Part shown: positions 25,259-37,630 of the stretch, one piece after another
Layout: every line of letters starts with the position of its first letter
How positions within the stretch are numbered: position 1 is the first letter of the stretch
Assembly (NCBI RefSeq): GCF_006345805.1
Contig: NC_042997.1
Coordinates: forward strand, 119,722,001 to 119,786,000
DNA: 64,000 bases
Reading direction: 5' to 3'
Source: Octopus sinensis
Taxonomy: Eukaryota
Position numbers and translations under genes: made by a program
Notes under the pieces: generated by a model
The model's database searches: none
The model's input: only the letters and a program-made list of their open reading frames with translations
What the model was told of the DNA's origin: nothing

Positions 25259-25960
25259 CCGAGGGCTTATGGAAGATTGCTTGATTTAATTTAATCAGGT
25301 TAGTATACCATTAAACAGCGGATGAAACGGTTTATACCGTACAGAAATTACAGGGTAATGTTTTTTTAATTTTCTCCTGTTACGGAATTAATCTTTATTT
25401 GCGGTAGAAGCTTGGCTGTTATTTCTAGTGGGTGAATGGCCTATTATGGCCGTTCCTTAATTGTTAATGTTGAACTTAAAAATGGTCTATGACTATTTAA
25501 TTTTTTTCCCGCTGGGCCGCTGGTGGCAATAAAATTCTACAAAATTTTCCTTGCCACCCTATATTGATTAATTATGAATTTTTTGGTTGATTCCGTAATG
25601 GAATCGACGGCTGATATTTATTTGCTGCCGATAAATTTGGCGCGAGGCGACGATTTGAAAATTTTAGGTCAGATATTGACTTGGCAAGATTGGGTATGCC
25701 TCGTGTATAATATCTGTTCCGTCTTGAGCTATTTCTTGCTGAAGAATCCGAGGGCTTATGGAAGATTGGCTTGATTTAATTTAATCAGGTTAGTATACCA
25801 TTAAACAGCGGATGATGAACGGTATACCGTACAAGAAATTACAGGGTAATGTTTTTTTAATTTCTCCCTGTTTACGGAATTAATCTTTATTGCGGTAGAA
25901 GCTTTGGCTGTTATTTCTAGTGGGTGAATGGCCTATTATGGCCGTTCCTTAATTGTTAAT
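25259..25960 (+). repeat. Inverted ~1.4 units of the same repeat, head-to-head with the array, ending in (TA)n
   Basis: Reverse complement of the unit, starting inside hammerhead stem II (CCGAGGGCTTATGG). Confidence 0.95.
25731..25839 (+). ncRNA. Type I hammerhead ribozyme in the inverted arm (GAAA box reads GATGAA)
   Basis: ATTTCTTG-CTGAAGA-ATCCG...CGGAT-GATGAA-CGGTATACCG-TA-CAAGAAAT. Confidence 0.65.
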
Positions 25961-25992
25961 ATATTATATAATATATATCACATATACAAAAC

Positions 25993-26024
<32 letters not shown>

Positions 26025-26065
26025 GTGTGTGTGTATGCTTATATGCTTATGTATGCATGTGTGTG

Positions 26066-27340
26066 CAGTATATATGGACATTTTTCAGACCATTTCAAAA
26101 GTCATTATGAGAAACTTTCAAAAAGGTGGCAACTAAATTTTTGTTGCATATTAGTATATTATTAAAGTTTGTTTTTTATGACATGATTTTTGCTAATGTT
26201 ATTTTTTTATGTTTCAGACGGCGAATAACGTTTCTTTTATGTTTCAGACAATAGCTACTCCACATGAAAAGGCACATTCTGTCTTGTTTTATCGAAACAA
26301 AGACGGCTTTTCAAGCACGAAGAAATCACGCAACTAAATATGGAAAATATTCTGGAGTAACTGAGTCGATTCTCAAAGGGCCTAAGCAATTTTTGGAAAC
26401 GAGGATGGTTTTATATAAACCGAGGCCTAGAACGACATGGAAATTTGAAGAAAATATTGACCGTGTCTGTCAGTAATTTGAACGAGTCCTATGTGCATCT
26501 GTGTTCTACTTCCACTCAACAATAACTCCCAGTATCAACAATTCAGAAAGTGCATTATAAGAAGCTGAGGCTTTATGCATATAGAATTCAATTATTGAAA
26601 GCTATTAACGTAAATAGCAAACAACTACGAAAAGAATTTGCTTTTACAATCCTATAAAAAGCCGAAGAAGATAACTTACATAATCGCATTTACTTTATGG
26701 ATGAGGTATACTTTCTTGTATCTGGAAAACGTATCAAGCGTAATGCATGGATTTGGGAATCTGAAATTCTTCCCATTACTAGGGAAAATCGAAAATGGTA
26801 GAAGATCAATTTGTAACGCGGTATTTTGTGCACCAAATTAATTAGTCAAATTTTCTTTTGTAAAAGACAATAATAGTTGACACCTTCGTCTTTTGACAGA
26901 ATACGTTGTGACACAACTAGAAGAATTCCATCCAAATGACATTTTTCAGGAAGATGGTGTACCGCATTATTGGAGAATTAGCGTCCACGGATTTTTAAAT
27001 GAAAGGTTTCCCGATCGTTGGAAGCAAGAGGTGGGCGATTCCTTGCCTTCCCTTTGAACTGTTTATTGTGGGTCTATACGAAAGATGCCATTTATCGCAC
27101 TAAAGTAAATGACTGAACTGAAGGAAAATGAATAAAAAGAAATAAGGGATGCCAATGCTACCAATGATGAGGATTTGTTTTGAAGGACATTGAAAGGAAT
27201 TGAATATCGCTCAAATGTCCTTCGTACATCGAAGGCGTAAATAAACTACACTACGTTATATTATATACGTATCAAAAGTATCCATTTTCCATTGTAATTT
27301 AAATAATTCTTTTTTACCTCTCTGATTTTGTGGACACCCT
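26066..27340 (+). mobile_element. Decayed Tc1/mariner-superfamily transposon (DD37D/DD41D-like)
   Basis: Broken frames give FQEDGVPHYW and L.CLLW..KDAIY (FQQDGAPPH / LDFFLWG..K motifs). TIR-like end GATTTTGTGGACACCCT-A. Confidence 0.65.
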
Positions 27341-27399
27341 ACACATACACAGACAGACTGACACACACACACGCACATACACACACTTATATATATATA

Positions 27400-27990
27400 C
27401 ATATCAATGACGAAGACTGAAATCAGATCCAGTCTGATCTACAAATCTACATGCTGTCAATGGGTAGAAAAAAAACAAAATGCAAGTAAGCGAGGGAAAA
27501 TTTTGAGCTGATGCGTTTTGGAAAAAAGACTATGCTAAAACAGACATATCCTCTTCCTTCAGGGGAACATCTCACAGGATCTAACAATATCAGAGACCTA
27601 GGAGTAATTGTTGATAACAATCACTGTTGGAGTTCCCACAACATTAAGCTCGATATAGTTCGTAAAATGAACTGCCGAATCCTAAGAACCTTCCGGTGTC
27701 ATCATTCTACTTTCCTCCTCCTTTGTACGGCCACACCTCGGATAATGCTGCCCTCTGCTCTCTCCCCATACCAAACAAAACAACTCGAAAATTGAATCAC
27801 CCTAGATGACATTTACTAAAGGAATTAAAGGCATGACTGATCTCAGTTATTGGGACCGCTTTAAAGCATTGGCACTCTCTCCAATCTAGCGCTACGGTCA
27901 ACGATATATCATTTGCCCGATGTGGAGAATATACCACCAGCATTGCCCAAACGACCTCATGATTCGCTTCAAAATTCATGCATATCGGCG
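27400..27990 (+). mobile_element. CR1/L2-group LINE RT C-terminal fragment
   Basis: FELMRFGK, IRDLGVIVDNN, ILRTF, RPHL, LSYWDR..L motifs across frameshifts. Confidence 0.75.
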
Positions 27991-28029
27991 TATATGTCTA
28001 TGCACACAACGGCATTTCCATTGCAAATT

Positions 28030-29275
28030 GTACAGCAGTTTGAGGCCAGGTTTTTCATCTTCCGCGGCACATTTTCCTCGGTTTCTTAGGCTAGACTTTC
28101 TCTTATTCAACTGTTTCATTTTGCTGATCCCGTTGCTTGGTTCACACTCCTTTCGATAATCGGATACTATGTTTCACTCCAAATAATTAATTTCCTGTAT
28201 CGTATATTGGGCTTGTTAACTTTTCCAGTTTCTCCACTGTAGATCCTATCATTTTATAAAGAGCTCGACATACCTTGTTTTCAAACTCTTTATATTTTCT
28301 TTCTTATTAGCAGCAGGCTACTGAACCCTCAGTTTCCTCCGAGTACTATCGGATGCATCAGTTTCATAATTTGTAAAGTCCTGTCAGGAAGAGGGCTTTC
28401 CTGTAGCATTTATCGATCCGCTGTGGTTTGAGTCCGGGGATGATTTGCCACGAGTTTTACGATTAGATGATACACACTGCTCTGTCCTCCTCATACAAGC
28501 TTTTTCCTGACGTATCTTCAAGCCTCTCTCGCCTCTCTCGGTTGTAAAGGTTCTACAGCACAGCTTGCATCCGAAGTTGTTTGCATTTCGTTCCCTGTTC
28601 GAATGAATAGCCGTAATCATGTCCAAGGTCATTTCTGTGTTAACTGGGTTTGATTTATTCTCCACTCCAACGTCTCATTCGATCATGGTCGATCTTACAA
28701 AGGTGAGGATTTTGAGTCCGCAGCCACCGCCAGTTTTTCCTGGTGTCGATAGTCAAATCCATTGTCCACTTGTGTTTTCGAGTAGTTTTCTTGTCTTTCC
28801 AAGATACCTTACCGTCTTTCCGGTCGGTCAGTGTTTACCTAGAGCAAGGTCTTAGATGTTTTACAAACAACTTGCACTTGCAAGTGGTACCAGTCAAAAA
28901 CTCCCCATATCGGAAGCCAGCAAGTGTATAGGGTCATCAGAAGAGAAGGCGCGCCCTTTCGAGGCCTATCTCTCGACGTCATCAATGCGTTACGCCTCAT
29001 CCTCACTGATTTGAGTCTACGCTTGCTAGATCAACCGGTTATCAAATAAAGCTCAATATTCTTCTAGCCATCGCTCTCTTTTCAACCAAATCCATTGGCT
29101 AGCCTTTTCCACTGTAGTTTGGATATCGTTGGCATTTACATTACGATGAGTTAGACCTAACGATAACAACTGTCGCCTCACACTGTGTCCAACAAACCCT
29201 CCATATCCGACTTCGATTAGAAAATGCTACGCTTTCCAGCCTGCATCTTGACATTCCACGAGGTGGTTTACATAG
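28030..29275 (-). mobile_element. HERO-like (R2 group, RLE) non-LTR element: 3' end of one copy followed by 5' end of another
   Basis: 29275-29070 encodes ECQDAGWKA..IEVGYGGFVG..VEKASQWIWLKRE (RLE C-terminus). 28665-28030 encodes an N-terminal zinc finger CKLCCRTFTTE..GLKI and V.*PAANK..KLEKL..IY. Confidence 0.72.
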
Positions 29276-30089
29276 CTGTCTATCAAAATATCGTCTGCAA
29301 TATGCTTGCTCTTCATATCTATCATAATCCTTTGCTACATAAATACAGCATATATAACATATAGATATAGAATTTCTATTACTTTAAACTAAAGGCAACG
29401 TTGACATATCAGATACATAAGGAAAGAAGATGAAACTGTTTACTTAAGATACAACAGGTATTTAGGATAACACTACCCAATGTAATTTCTTATAAGAGAA
29501 AGGAATTTGCTTATCAAGGGTATTGATTTTATAATGCGCCAAATAGACTAGATGCGTGTTATCACTGTTTTTCGTGTTTATACGTAATCACCAAGACTTA
29601 CTTCGAAAAAATATCGATATAATTTTGAATGCTTAAATGTGCTTTTCCCAGAGTGAACATACACTTTAATAAGTATATGTAACCGACAAGGCTAAGATGG
29701 TGGTAAATATCACGTATGGATGTTTAAGGACTAAATTACTTCTTGGAAATGGTTCTTAAGTGTAAAATAGTTTCTAGCCTTGGAAATGTTATCCTCCAAT
29801 TTCAAGAACATTATATAAGATCAGTATATGGATAGATTTAATGTATCAAATGGATGATTATAAACTGGTTAAATAATTGCTTTACATTTTCATACCTTTT
29901 TGTATATTCATTTTGTTATTTTATTCTATTAGAGTCTATTTAAGTGGTGTGTATATAGTGTCAACTTGCAGGTATTGCAATCGAAAATTAATAGCTATTA
30001 CATTTGTATACGCATGCGTAAGTGCTTGAGGGTAGGAATCCATGTGAGATAGTTTGAACTTATTTACACCTTAACATTAAATAAATAAA

Positions 30090-30248
30090 ACTTTGCAGTT
30101 AGTTTGACGTCAAAAATAAGATGTAAAGATATTGGAGTAAAAATAATGAGGATCCTTTAATACACATACTTTGCAGTTAGTTTGACGTCAAAAATAAGAT
30201 GTAAAGATATTGGAGTAAAAATAATGAGGATCCTTTAATACACATACT
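30090..30248. repeat. Exact 78-bp tandem duplication
   Basis: ACTTTGCAGTTAGTTTGACG...TTTAATACACAT occurs twice (30090, 30168). Confidence 0.95.
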
Positions 30249-32459
30249 CAATGTATGGAAAATATTGCCACAGTCACACATAAACATACTGCAGGAATAC
30301 ACATGCAGTTGCATGTGGTTGTATGCAGATGCCTATAGATATATGCATACGTACATACATACACACAAAAATATACATTTTGTATATACGTAAAATGTAT
30401 ACGGCATACATACATAAATACATACATACATACATATATACATACATACAGGTATATATACGGTTTTTTTTCTTCCCAAACAACACTTATTTTAGTAGTG
30501 TTGTCATCGCTGGATTGAATGATACTGCTCAGGTGTCAAAACCATAATGATATCCATGTGGCAGCTGGTGATGGAGGAATATTGGATTGTTGGTATGTAT
30601 GTATACATCCTTTTGATGTATACATACATATATATATATATATGCTATATTTCGGGAGGGTCATTTTCCCCAAATGAATACACGCACTATGTATAAGTTC
30701 TTCACTTCAGCTTTATTATTTACCTTATTTGTTTGTCGTTTATCTTAAATCTTTCGTCAAACATTCTCAGAACTCTTCAGCAACTGCCCCTCCAACGTGT
30801 CTGCTCCGGTTCTCTTTAGTCAATTCTCGCTTTCTATGGTGTGTATCTTTATCTTCTCATGCATTGGCGCCTGCGTCTGTGTACACACGCATCTCTATGT
30901 GTTTTGTCTCTATGTGTTTTGTAGGCATTAATAATTACTCTTCTAATCCGGAGGTTGAAGATACTCATATATTCGATTTCCACCCTAAACCATACCATTG
31001 TATCTCCAAGCGCATGATATTATTTTGTTTTTCATGTGACTCTAAGGGCAAAAGTATTAGCAGGGCCCTAACTATCGTTAGAACTAGAGTAGTGGAATTT
31101 GTGTAAATTTTTCAATTGTTATCGATTCTTCTAAATTTTCCTTATGTTTGATCTGAGACATTGAAACATTTACTTAAGATTTTTTAATAAGCACACTAGA
31201 AATATTATTAGACCAAATTCACTATATTTGAAAACTCTGCTGGCTAGAATTAAATCAATATAGGCACTGGAAACCACAGTAGATAAGAACGATGAAGTGC
31301 CTAGAATTTATGATGTGTTTACACTCGAAGATTGGCGCTAGACGTGCTACTTTATTTCAGAGAAACTTTTCAATGTTGTGGTCTAAATAATACAGAGCTG
31401 CTTCACAATGCCACAGCCTCTTCTAGTATCAACGTTAAATTAAAAGTAGACTGGGCAACTTTCGCAGAAATTAGTGAATGATATTTTTATCGATTACTAT
31501 ATTGGAAAGAATATTTCTCAGCCCAGCTCTGAATGCCTAGGCACCTTACTTACTGAGAAGGGCCGGGTGGGTTTGAACCACTGTGATTGACGATACACCG
31601 ATGATATTTTGAGAACTTCTCCGTATGATACATCACAGCTAAAGCCGTTAAACATTAGAGATACACTATAAATAATATACATACCCTTATTTTAATATAT
31701 TATTGTTTGAATGAATTGTATTGATTAATTGTAGCCTGGACTGCTTCCGCTCAAATCAGTGAGTGATTTGTTTACCAATTTCTATATAGGAACGTTTATT
31801 TTTTACTTATTTGAGAATGCCCGGTGGGTATTTTACCAGCAAGCGGTTTATAATTTATAACTCAGACAACATACTTAACTGAAAAAGCGGGATATTATAT
31901 CATTCAGCCCACTGTTTATATGTCAAGAATTGAAAAAATATATCAAGAAACTTACAAACACTCTGTTATCATTACGTAATTATTTGATTTATAGGTAAAT
32001 TTAATAATCTTTTCAACCGAAATCAAGTGGGAAAAAGCGTTGATTCTTAAATAATATTACAAAATATATTTCGAAAACTTCATCGTAGGTTATTTGTCGC
32101 CTTCCATAACACACATATGGTATAGCGATTTTACGGCAAGCAAGATTCTCCTATTAATCTCAAACTCCTGCAAAAGCTGCCAGAAAGTGTCCCTCAGCAT
32201 AGTCATATTCTTTAAGTAATCCCCAAAACAGCTTCCACTTCTTGGCACTCTAAGGGTAATATTTACCCTTAGATGCGTCTTATGTCCATTACATATTTCA
32301 TGATTAAATTTGTTAGCAACAAATCTTTCTTTCTTTCTTTCATTTTTCTTTCTTTCTTTCTTTCTTTTTTCCTTCTTTCTTCCTTTCTTTCTTTCTCTCT
32401 CTCTCTCTCAATCTCTCTCTCTCTCTCCAAAGTATGATATTCTATATAGAGAGAAGAAC

Positions 32460-33000
32460 CCCGGCGTGTCGTTAATGGTAAGTATGGTGAAAAGTTCCTT
32501 GTTAAGAAGGGGGCTGATGGCTGGTAGAATACGTTCGTTGACCGATCTGAAGTCAGTGGAAGGTTCTGTGGCTTAGCCTTCGAAACCTTTACAGCCTAGC
32601 TGCAACTTTATTGACTCTCTATGCATGCGCAAAGGAGGAGTCTTATCTCCAAGCCTAGATTCTTAGGTCTCTTTCTTTCATTGGATGGTATCTTTAATTC
32701 TCCGGTTAAAACAGAGGTTCTCTTACCGACAAACGCCAAACCGAGCCAATTACGCTACATTATTGAACAGCCGAAGAGAGAACTGCCAAGCAAAAAAATC
32801 TCCACTTCTTTTCGGTGTCATTATCTTGTTCAGGAAGGCGTCTCAATATGGACGCAGTAATGCCTGCATGTATGTTTCTGATCTCATCATCAATGAATGC
32901 TTCCCGCTTTATCTTTTGTGAGTCGCACTAGACATAATAGTTTTCATTTCTCCCTGCTGTAGATAGTCACAGGGTGCAGACTGGCGGGTGGAGATCAGTT
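32460..33000 (-). mobile_element. Decayed RTE-like LINE fragment (endonuclease-RT linker)
   Basis: Weak peptide resemblance (DTEKKW.F..., TDFRSVN..) in a more GC-rich block. Confidence 0.35.
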
Positions 33001-33115
33001 GATGCTTCGACTGTTCCCTTGATGATAATATGAAAATTTATTTCTTAAATATTCATTTCAGCAATTACAATCAAAAACACAGAAGTCTCTCTTTCTCTCC
33101 CACTCTCTGTCACTT

Positions 33116-33213
<98 letters not shown>

Positions 33214-33424
33214 CTTGTGTAGATATTTCCCTGAAGGATTCTTGCTCATGAAGGAAATTATAAAATGACAAGACGAAGCAAGTAGAGTAATAAGTGTTTG
33301 TACACTAATGTTTCGTTTATTTTAGGTGGTAGGTTTAGTAATGTTAATGTGCACTTGTATTTATTGAAAGTCCATTTTCAGATACATATCATGGAAATAT
33401 GGGAATTATTAATACATTTCACTA

Positions 33425-33640
33425 CATACTCTTTACTGTTTCTTTTACTCTTTTACTTGTTTCAGTCATGTGAATGTGGCCATGCTGGAGCACTGCCTTT
33501 AATGGAGCAAATAACCTCAGGACTTATTCTTCGTAAGCATAGTACTTATTCTATTGGTCTCTTTTGCCGAACAGCTAAGTTACGGGGATGCAAACACATG
33601 AGCATCGGTTGTCAAGCGATTTTGGTGGGACAAACTAACA
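33425..33640 (-). mobile_element. SINE family A, 3' half
   Basis: Reverse complement of about 1390-1586. Confidence 0.8.
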
Positions 33641-33690
33641 CACAAACATACACACACATACCGACACACAGACACAGACACACACATACG

Positions 33691-33781
<91 letters not shown>

Positions 33782-34098
33782 ATATATACAGATATATACA
33801 TCGTTAATATCGACATGGAATAACCAATATCAGCGGCGTGAATGAATGCCGGAGGAAAGAAATTTGGTCTTCAGACGATTGGCATGAAGTCCAAAAATTG
33901 TGAGTGTTTTGATAATATTATTGGAGTCCACTTCATGTAAGGCGCAATACTTTAAAAATAGTTTCTCGTTTCATGCAACAAACTGTTTTAAATTGCCTAT
34001 AAAACACAGGCCCTGGAGAGACGTTCTTTTTTAATTCATGTAGACAATGGATATAGTATTCACTCAAAATGATAATTTGAGCTACCTTGCATTATACA

Positions 34099-34369
34099 TC
34101 TCTTATTATAAAAGGCAGATTTTATCTGCCTCCCTTTGGGAGTTATACAAATCTACAATATAGGATTTCTTCAATTACAATTTACCTAGCATTTTTAAGA
34201 GTACAATGCATCGCGTCATGCCAGGTCCAGTTTTTAAAATTTAAACTCCAATTAAGCAAAATTTACAGAAAACTCACATTCTGGTGTGTGTGTCAAATGC
34301 TTTTCTTAGTCTGGTTTACACCACACGCAAACGCACACACACAGTGGGCAACGAATAAAGTGAAACTAG
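34099..34369 (+). mobile_element. Repeat family with TC start and 5' hairpin (Helitron-like), copy 1
   Basis: A|TCTCTTATTATAAAAGGCAGATTTTATCTGCCT. Clearly homologous to 61673-61991. Confidence 0.6.
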
Positions 34370-34656
34370 ATGTAATATTTGTTTCTGTCTATCACGCTGA
34401 TAGATACATGAGTAAAATGTATGGGAAGCTAACACATAAGAGTGAGTGAAAATGTTCTTGGAAGAGAGTAAATAGCCAGAGAGTTATTTGAGGAAGACTT
34501 TACATTAAATAACCGTAGTGACTTGTGTTAGTAATAAAGTAAACATACACTCATACATACATACATACATACATACATACATACACACACACACATACAC
34601 ACATACATACATAGACACACACATACATACATACACACATACATACATACATACAT

Positions 34657-34691
<35 letters not shown>

Positions 34692-34950
34692 GTATTGAAG
34701 CTTGAGAACAATCACATACATTTGCAACACATCTGTTGAAAATATTATTGTTCACACACATACATATACATATATACATACAGACAGACAGACAGATAGA
34801 CACACACACACACACACACACACATGATCCAGCATGGCCACAACCTCTAGGCTGAAACATATAAAAGAATAACAGAATATAAATGTGTGCATGTGTGTGA
34901 CAGAGAGAGTGTGTGTGTATATGTATGTACGTATGTATGTATATATATAT

Positions 34951-35540
34951 AATAATGCGGTTTTTTCAACAGCTTGAACTAAAAGTCAGAGGGGAATGGG
35001 ATAAACTACTTATATTAACTTGCTATAAAAGCAGGTAGTAATTTTATCTTGTCCTTATTCATAGTGCAAGTTTTGAAGAGTGCATTTCGATTTTAACAGC
35101 TATTTTTTTCAAAGCTATATTGGAAGTAACAAAGGAGCATATTTGGCATATTTTGCTTTATGAGTTCAATAAAGATAACAACGCAACGGAAAGTACAAGA
35201 AATATTAATGCAGTATATGGGGATTGGACAATAAGCGTAAGGCAGTGTCAATGGTGGTTCCAGAAATTCCGAGCCATAAACTACAGCCTAGAAGACGAGC
35301 CTCATCCTGAAAGATCTGTAGAACTCGACAAGGACATCCTCAAAACCCTGGTGGAACAAAATCTCATCGTAACTGTTGAGGAACTAGCAGAGAAGCTTGG
35401 ATTTGGTCATTCAACCATTCATTGAGACCTGTGTGCTATCGGAAAAGTCAGCAAATTGGGTCAATGGGTTCCTCACGAACTTTCCGAGTCTAATTGCATG
35501 CAGAGAGTGAATGTATGCTTTTCTTTGCTGTCACATCTCA
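34951..35540 (+). mobile_element. mariner 5' fragment (HTH region to WVPHEL), truncated
   Basis: ORF 35120-35425 EHIWHILLYEF..CQWWFQKFR..SLEDEP, continuing past a stop to KLGQWVPHEL. Confidence 0.88.
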
Positions 35541-35560
35541 CCACTACTGCGCTATGTATA

Positions 35561-36197
35561 TCTATATATATAAAACTGTAGTTGTGTGAGTGTCTGTCCC
35601 CTTCGATTTAGATTCCTAACTACTCCCACATTTTGCGGTGCAGTTTAACCAAATTCGGGTAGCTTATAGTCGTGATTCATATGAAGCCTGTCTGAGTATT
35701 AGCGCGCGTCTACGATGAGTCTAGGATTTTAAAAATAATTTAACATCATTTTTTATTCCATTTTAATGCATAATTTTTCGTGTGTCGATGGCGGCGGAGT
35801 TGGCGTCCACGCTCACACCTGCACCTGTGGGGAAGGGAGTGTAAGGAAATCAACGTCGTAATGCGTTGTCAAGGAGACCAGCGTTCTTTTAGAACAACGA
35901 CTTCATGGCTTGAAGACACCAAAACAGAAATGGCTAAGAAAGCGTCTACATGAGTCTACGATTTAAAAAAAAATTTACCATCGTATTTTTTCCATTTTAA
36001 TGCATTTTTTCGCTATTATATAAGGGAAGTAACTCTCTAAAAATGTATACGATGAGTCAACGATTTTAAAAAAAATTTACCATCATATTTTTTCCATTTT
36101 TAATGCATTTTTTGCTATTTTTTGGCTATAACACTCTAAAAATGCTTATATAGTTATTTTCCTTACAAACCCGAGCAACGCCGGGCGATACTGCTAG
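35561..36197 (+). mobile_element. Non-autonomous Helitron, complete
   Basis: A|TC...CCCGAGCAACGCCGGG hairpin...CTAG|T, no TSD. Second copy at 62702-63100. Confidence 0.9.
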
Positions 36198-37353
36198 TAT
36201 ATTGATATTAGTATCCTATAATAATCAATAAATAAAACAAACAACTTTTTCAACCTGTCTTATGTAAAATAACTGAGGACGTCGAAAATGAATTTTAACA
36301 TAAAAGTCAGATGAGTTATGCAAAAAGAATTTTGAAATTTAACGCTGCATTGTATCTGTTCAGTGCAGACATCCTAAAACGAATATCTGCAGTTCGTAAA
36401 AATTATTTGCAAACGGAGTTTTTAACGTATGCCAAAAGAATCTATTTTCCAACCAGTCGAAAAAAAAAAAAGTAGCGTGATATCAAACAATAGAGAGATT
36501 TCATCAGTTTTGCGTCTCAACCTCTCTGTTCTACTACTACAAAAATTTAAACAAAATAAAAGTGATATATTTAAAAAAAAAAGCAGTTAAGCAGTAAACG
36601 TGATTTAACTTCCAAAAAAGTTCTGAAATAGGGCAGAATACTCGATTTGCCAGGGGCATACATCTTGTTCTATAGATCACACATTACTTGAGTGTATAAA
36701 AACGATTTAATGGCTGTTTAACATCATTATTTTACTATTATTTTAATTATTGAAGCTCACGAACATCTCCCTTTGTTCAATAACTGTGGTTCCAGAGAAG
36801 AAAGAATACCAAGTATTACAAAAGTTTTAGTTGATAATCAAAGGATATATTTGAGTTTCCAGAAACTGCGATAGAAAAACACGGATAAAAATAACGTATT
36901 CATTTGAACAAAGGAATGCAATGCTGCGTACATAGGTAAGTGTGAAATTACATTGGCCATGTTAAAAGAACAAAAACGGTCGATAGGTCGATATCATGTA
37001 AGTTAAAGTAATATTACTTAACTTCTTTATTTCCATAGAAATGATTGAAAACTAACAAAACTCTATTGATCAAAGTCCATTATAGATATCGTTTAGCCGT
37101 CGGCTAAGTGTGCAGAATCTAATCACTTATAGAGAAGGTACGATAAATTCAGTTGACTGAAAATGTGATGGATGTATTCTATGATTGCAACACCCAAAGC
37201 ATTTTCAATCCAGTTAAATCTATCAGGCCCTCTCTCTGTCTAACCAACCACTTCTTACATTTAATACACACACACACAGAGTAAGAGAGACTCTCATGTA
37301 TGTGTATAAATATTGTATCTCTACGCATGTGTACAAATGTGTATGTATATATC

Positions 37354-37472
<119 letters not shown>

Positions 37473-37630
37473 TATGCATATGTATGTATATATATAATAT
37501 TATATGCATACTCACACACACATATATTATATATGTATATATATATATACATGCACGCGTCGGTTTATGCGTATATATATACATACATCTCTTTCTGTAT
37601 ATATATATACACACGCATTTGCACACACAC

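Noticed and set aside
22266-25960. CRISPR array or protein-coding repeat (MNFLVDSVMESTADIY... ORFs)
   Set aside because: Whole units repeat with no unique spacers and there are no cas genes. The 65-69 aa ORFs are broken differently in each unit and resemble nothing I recognise.
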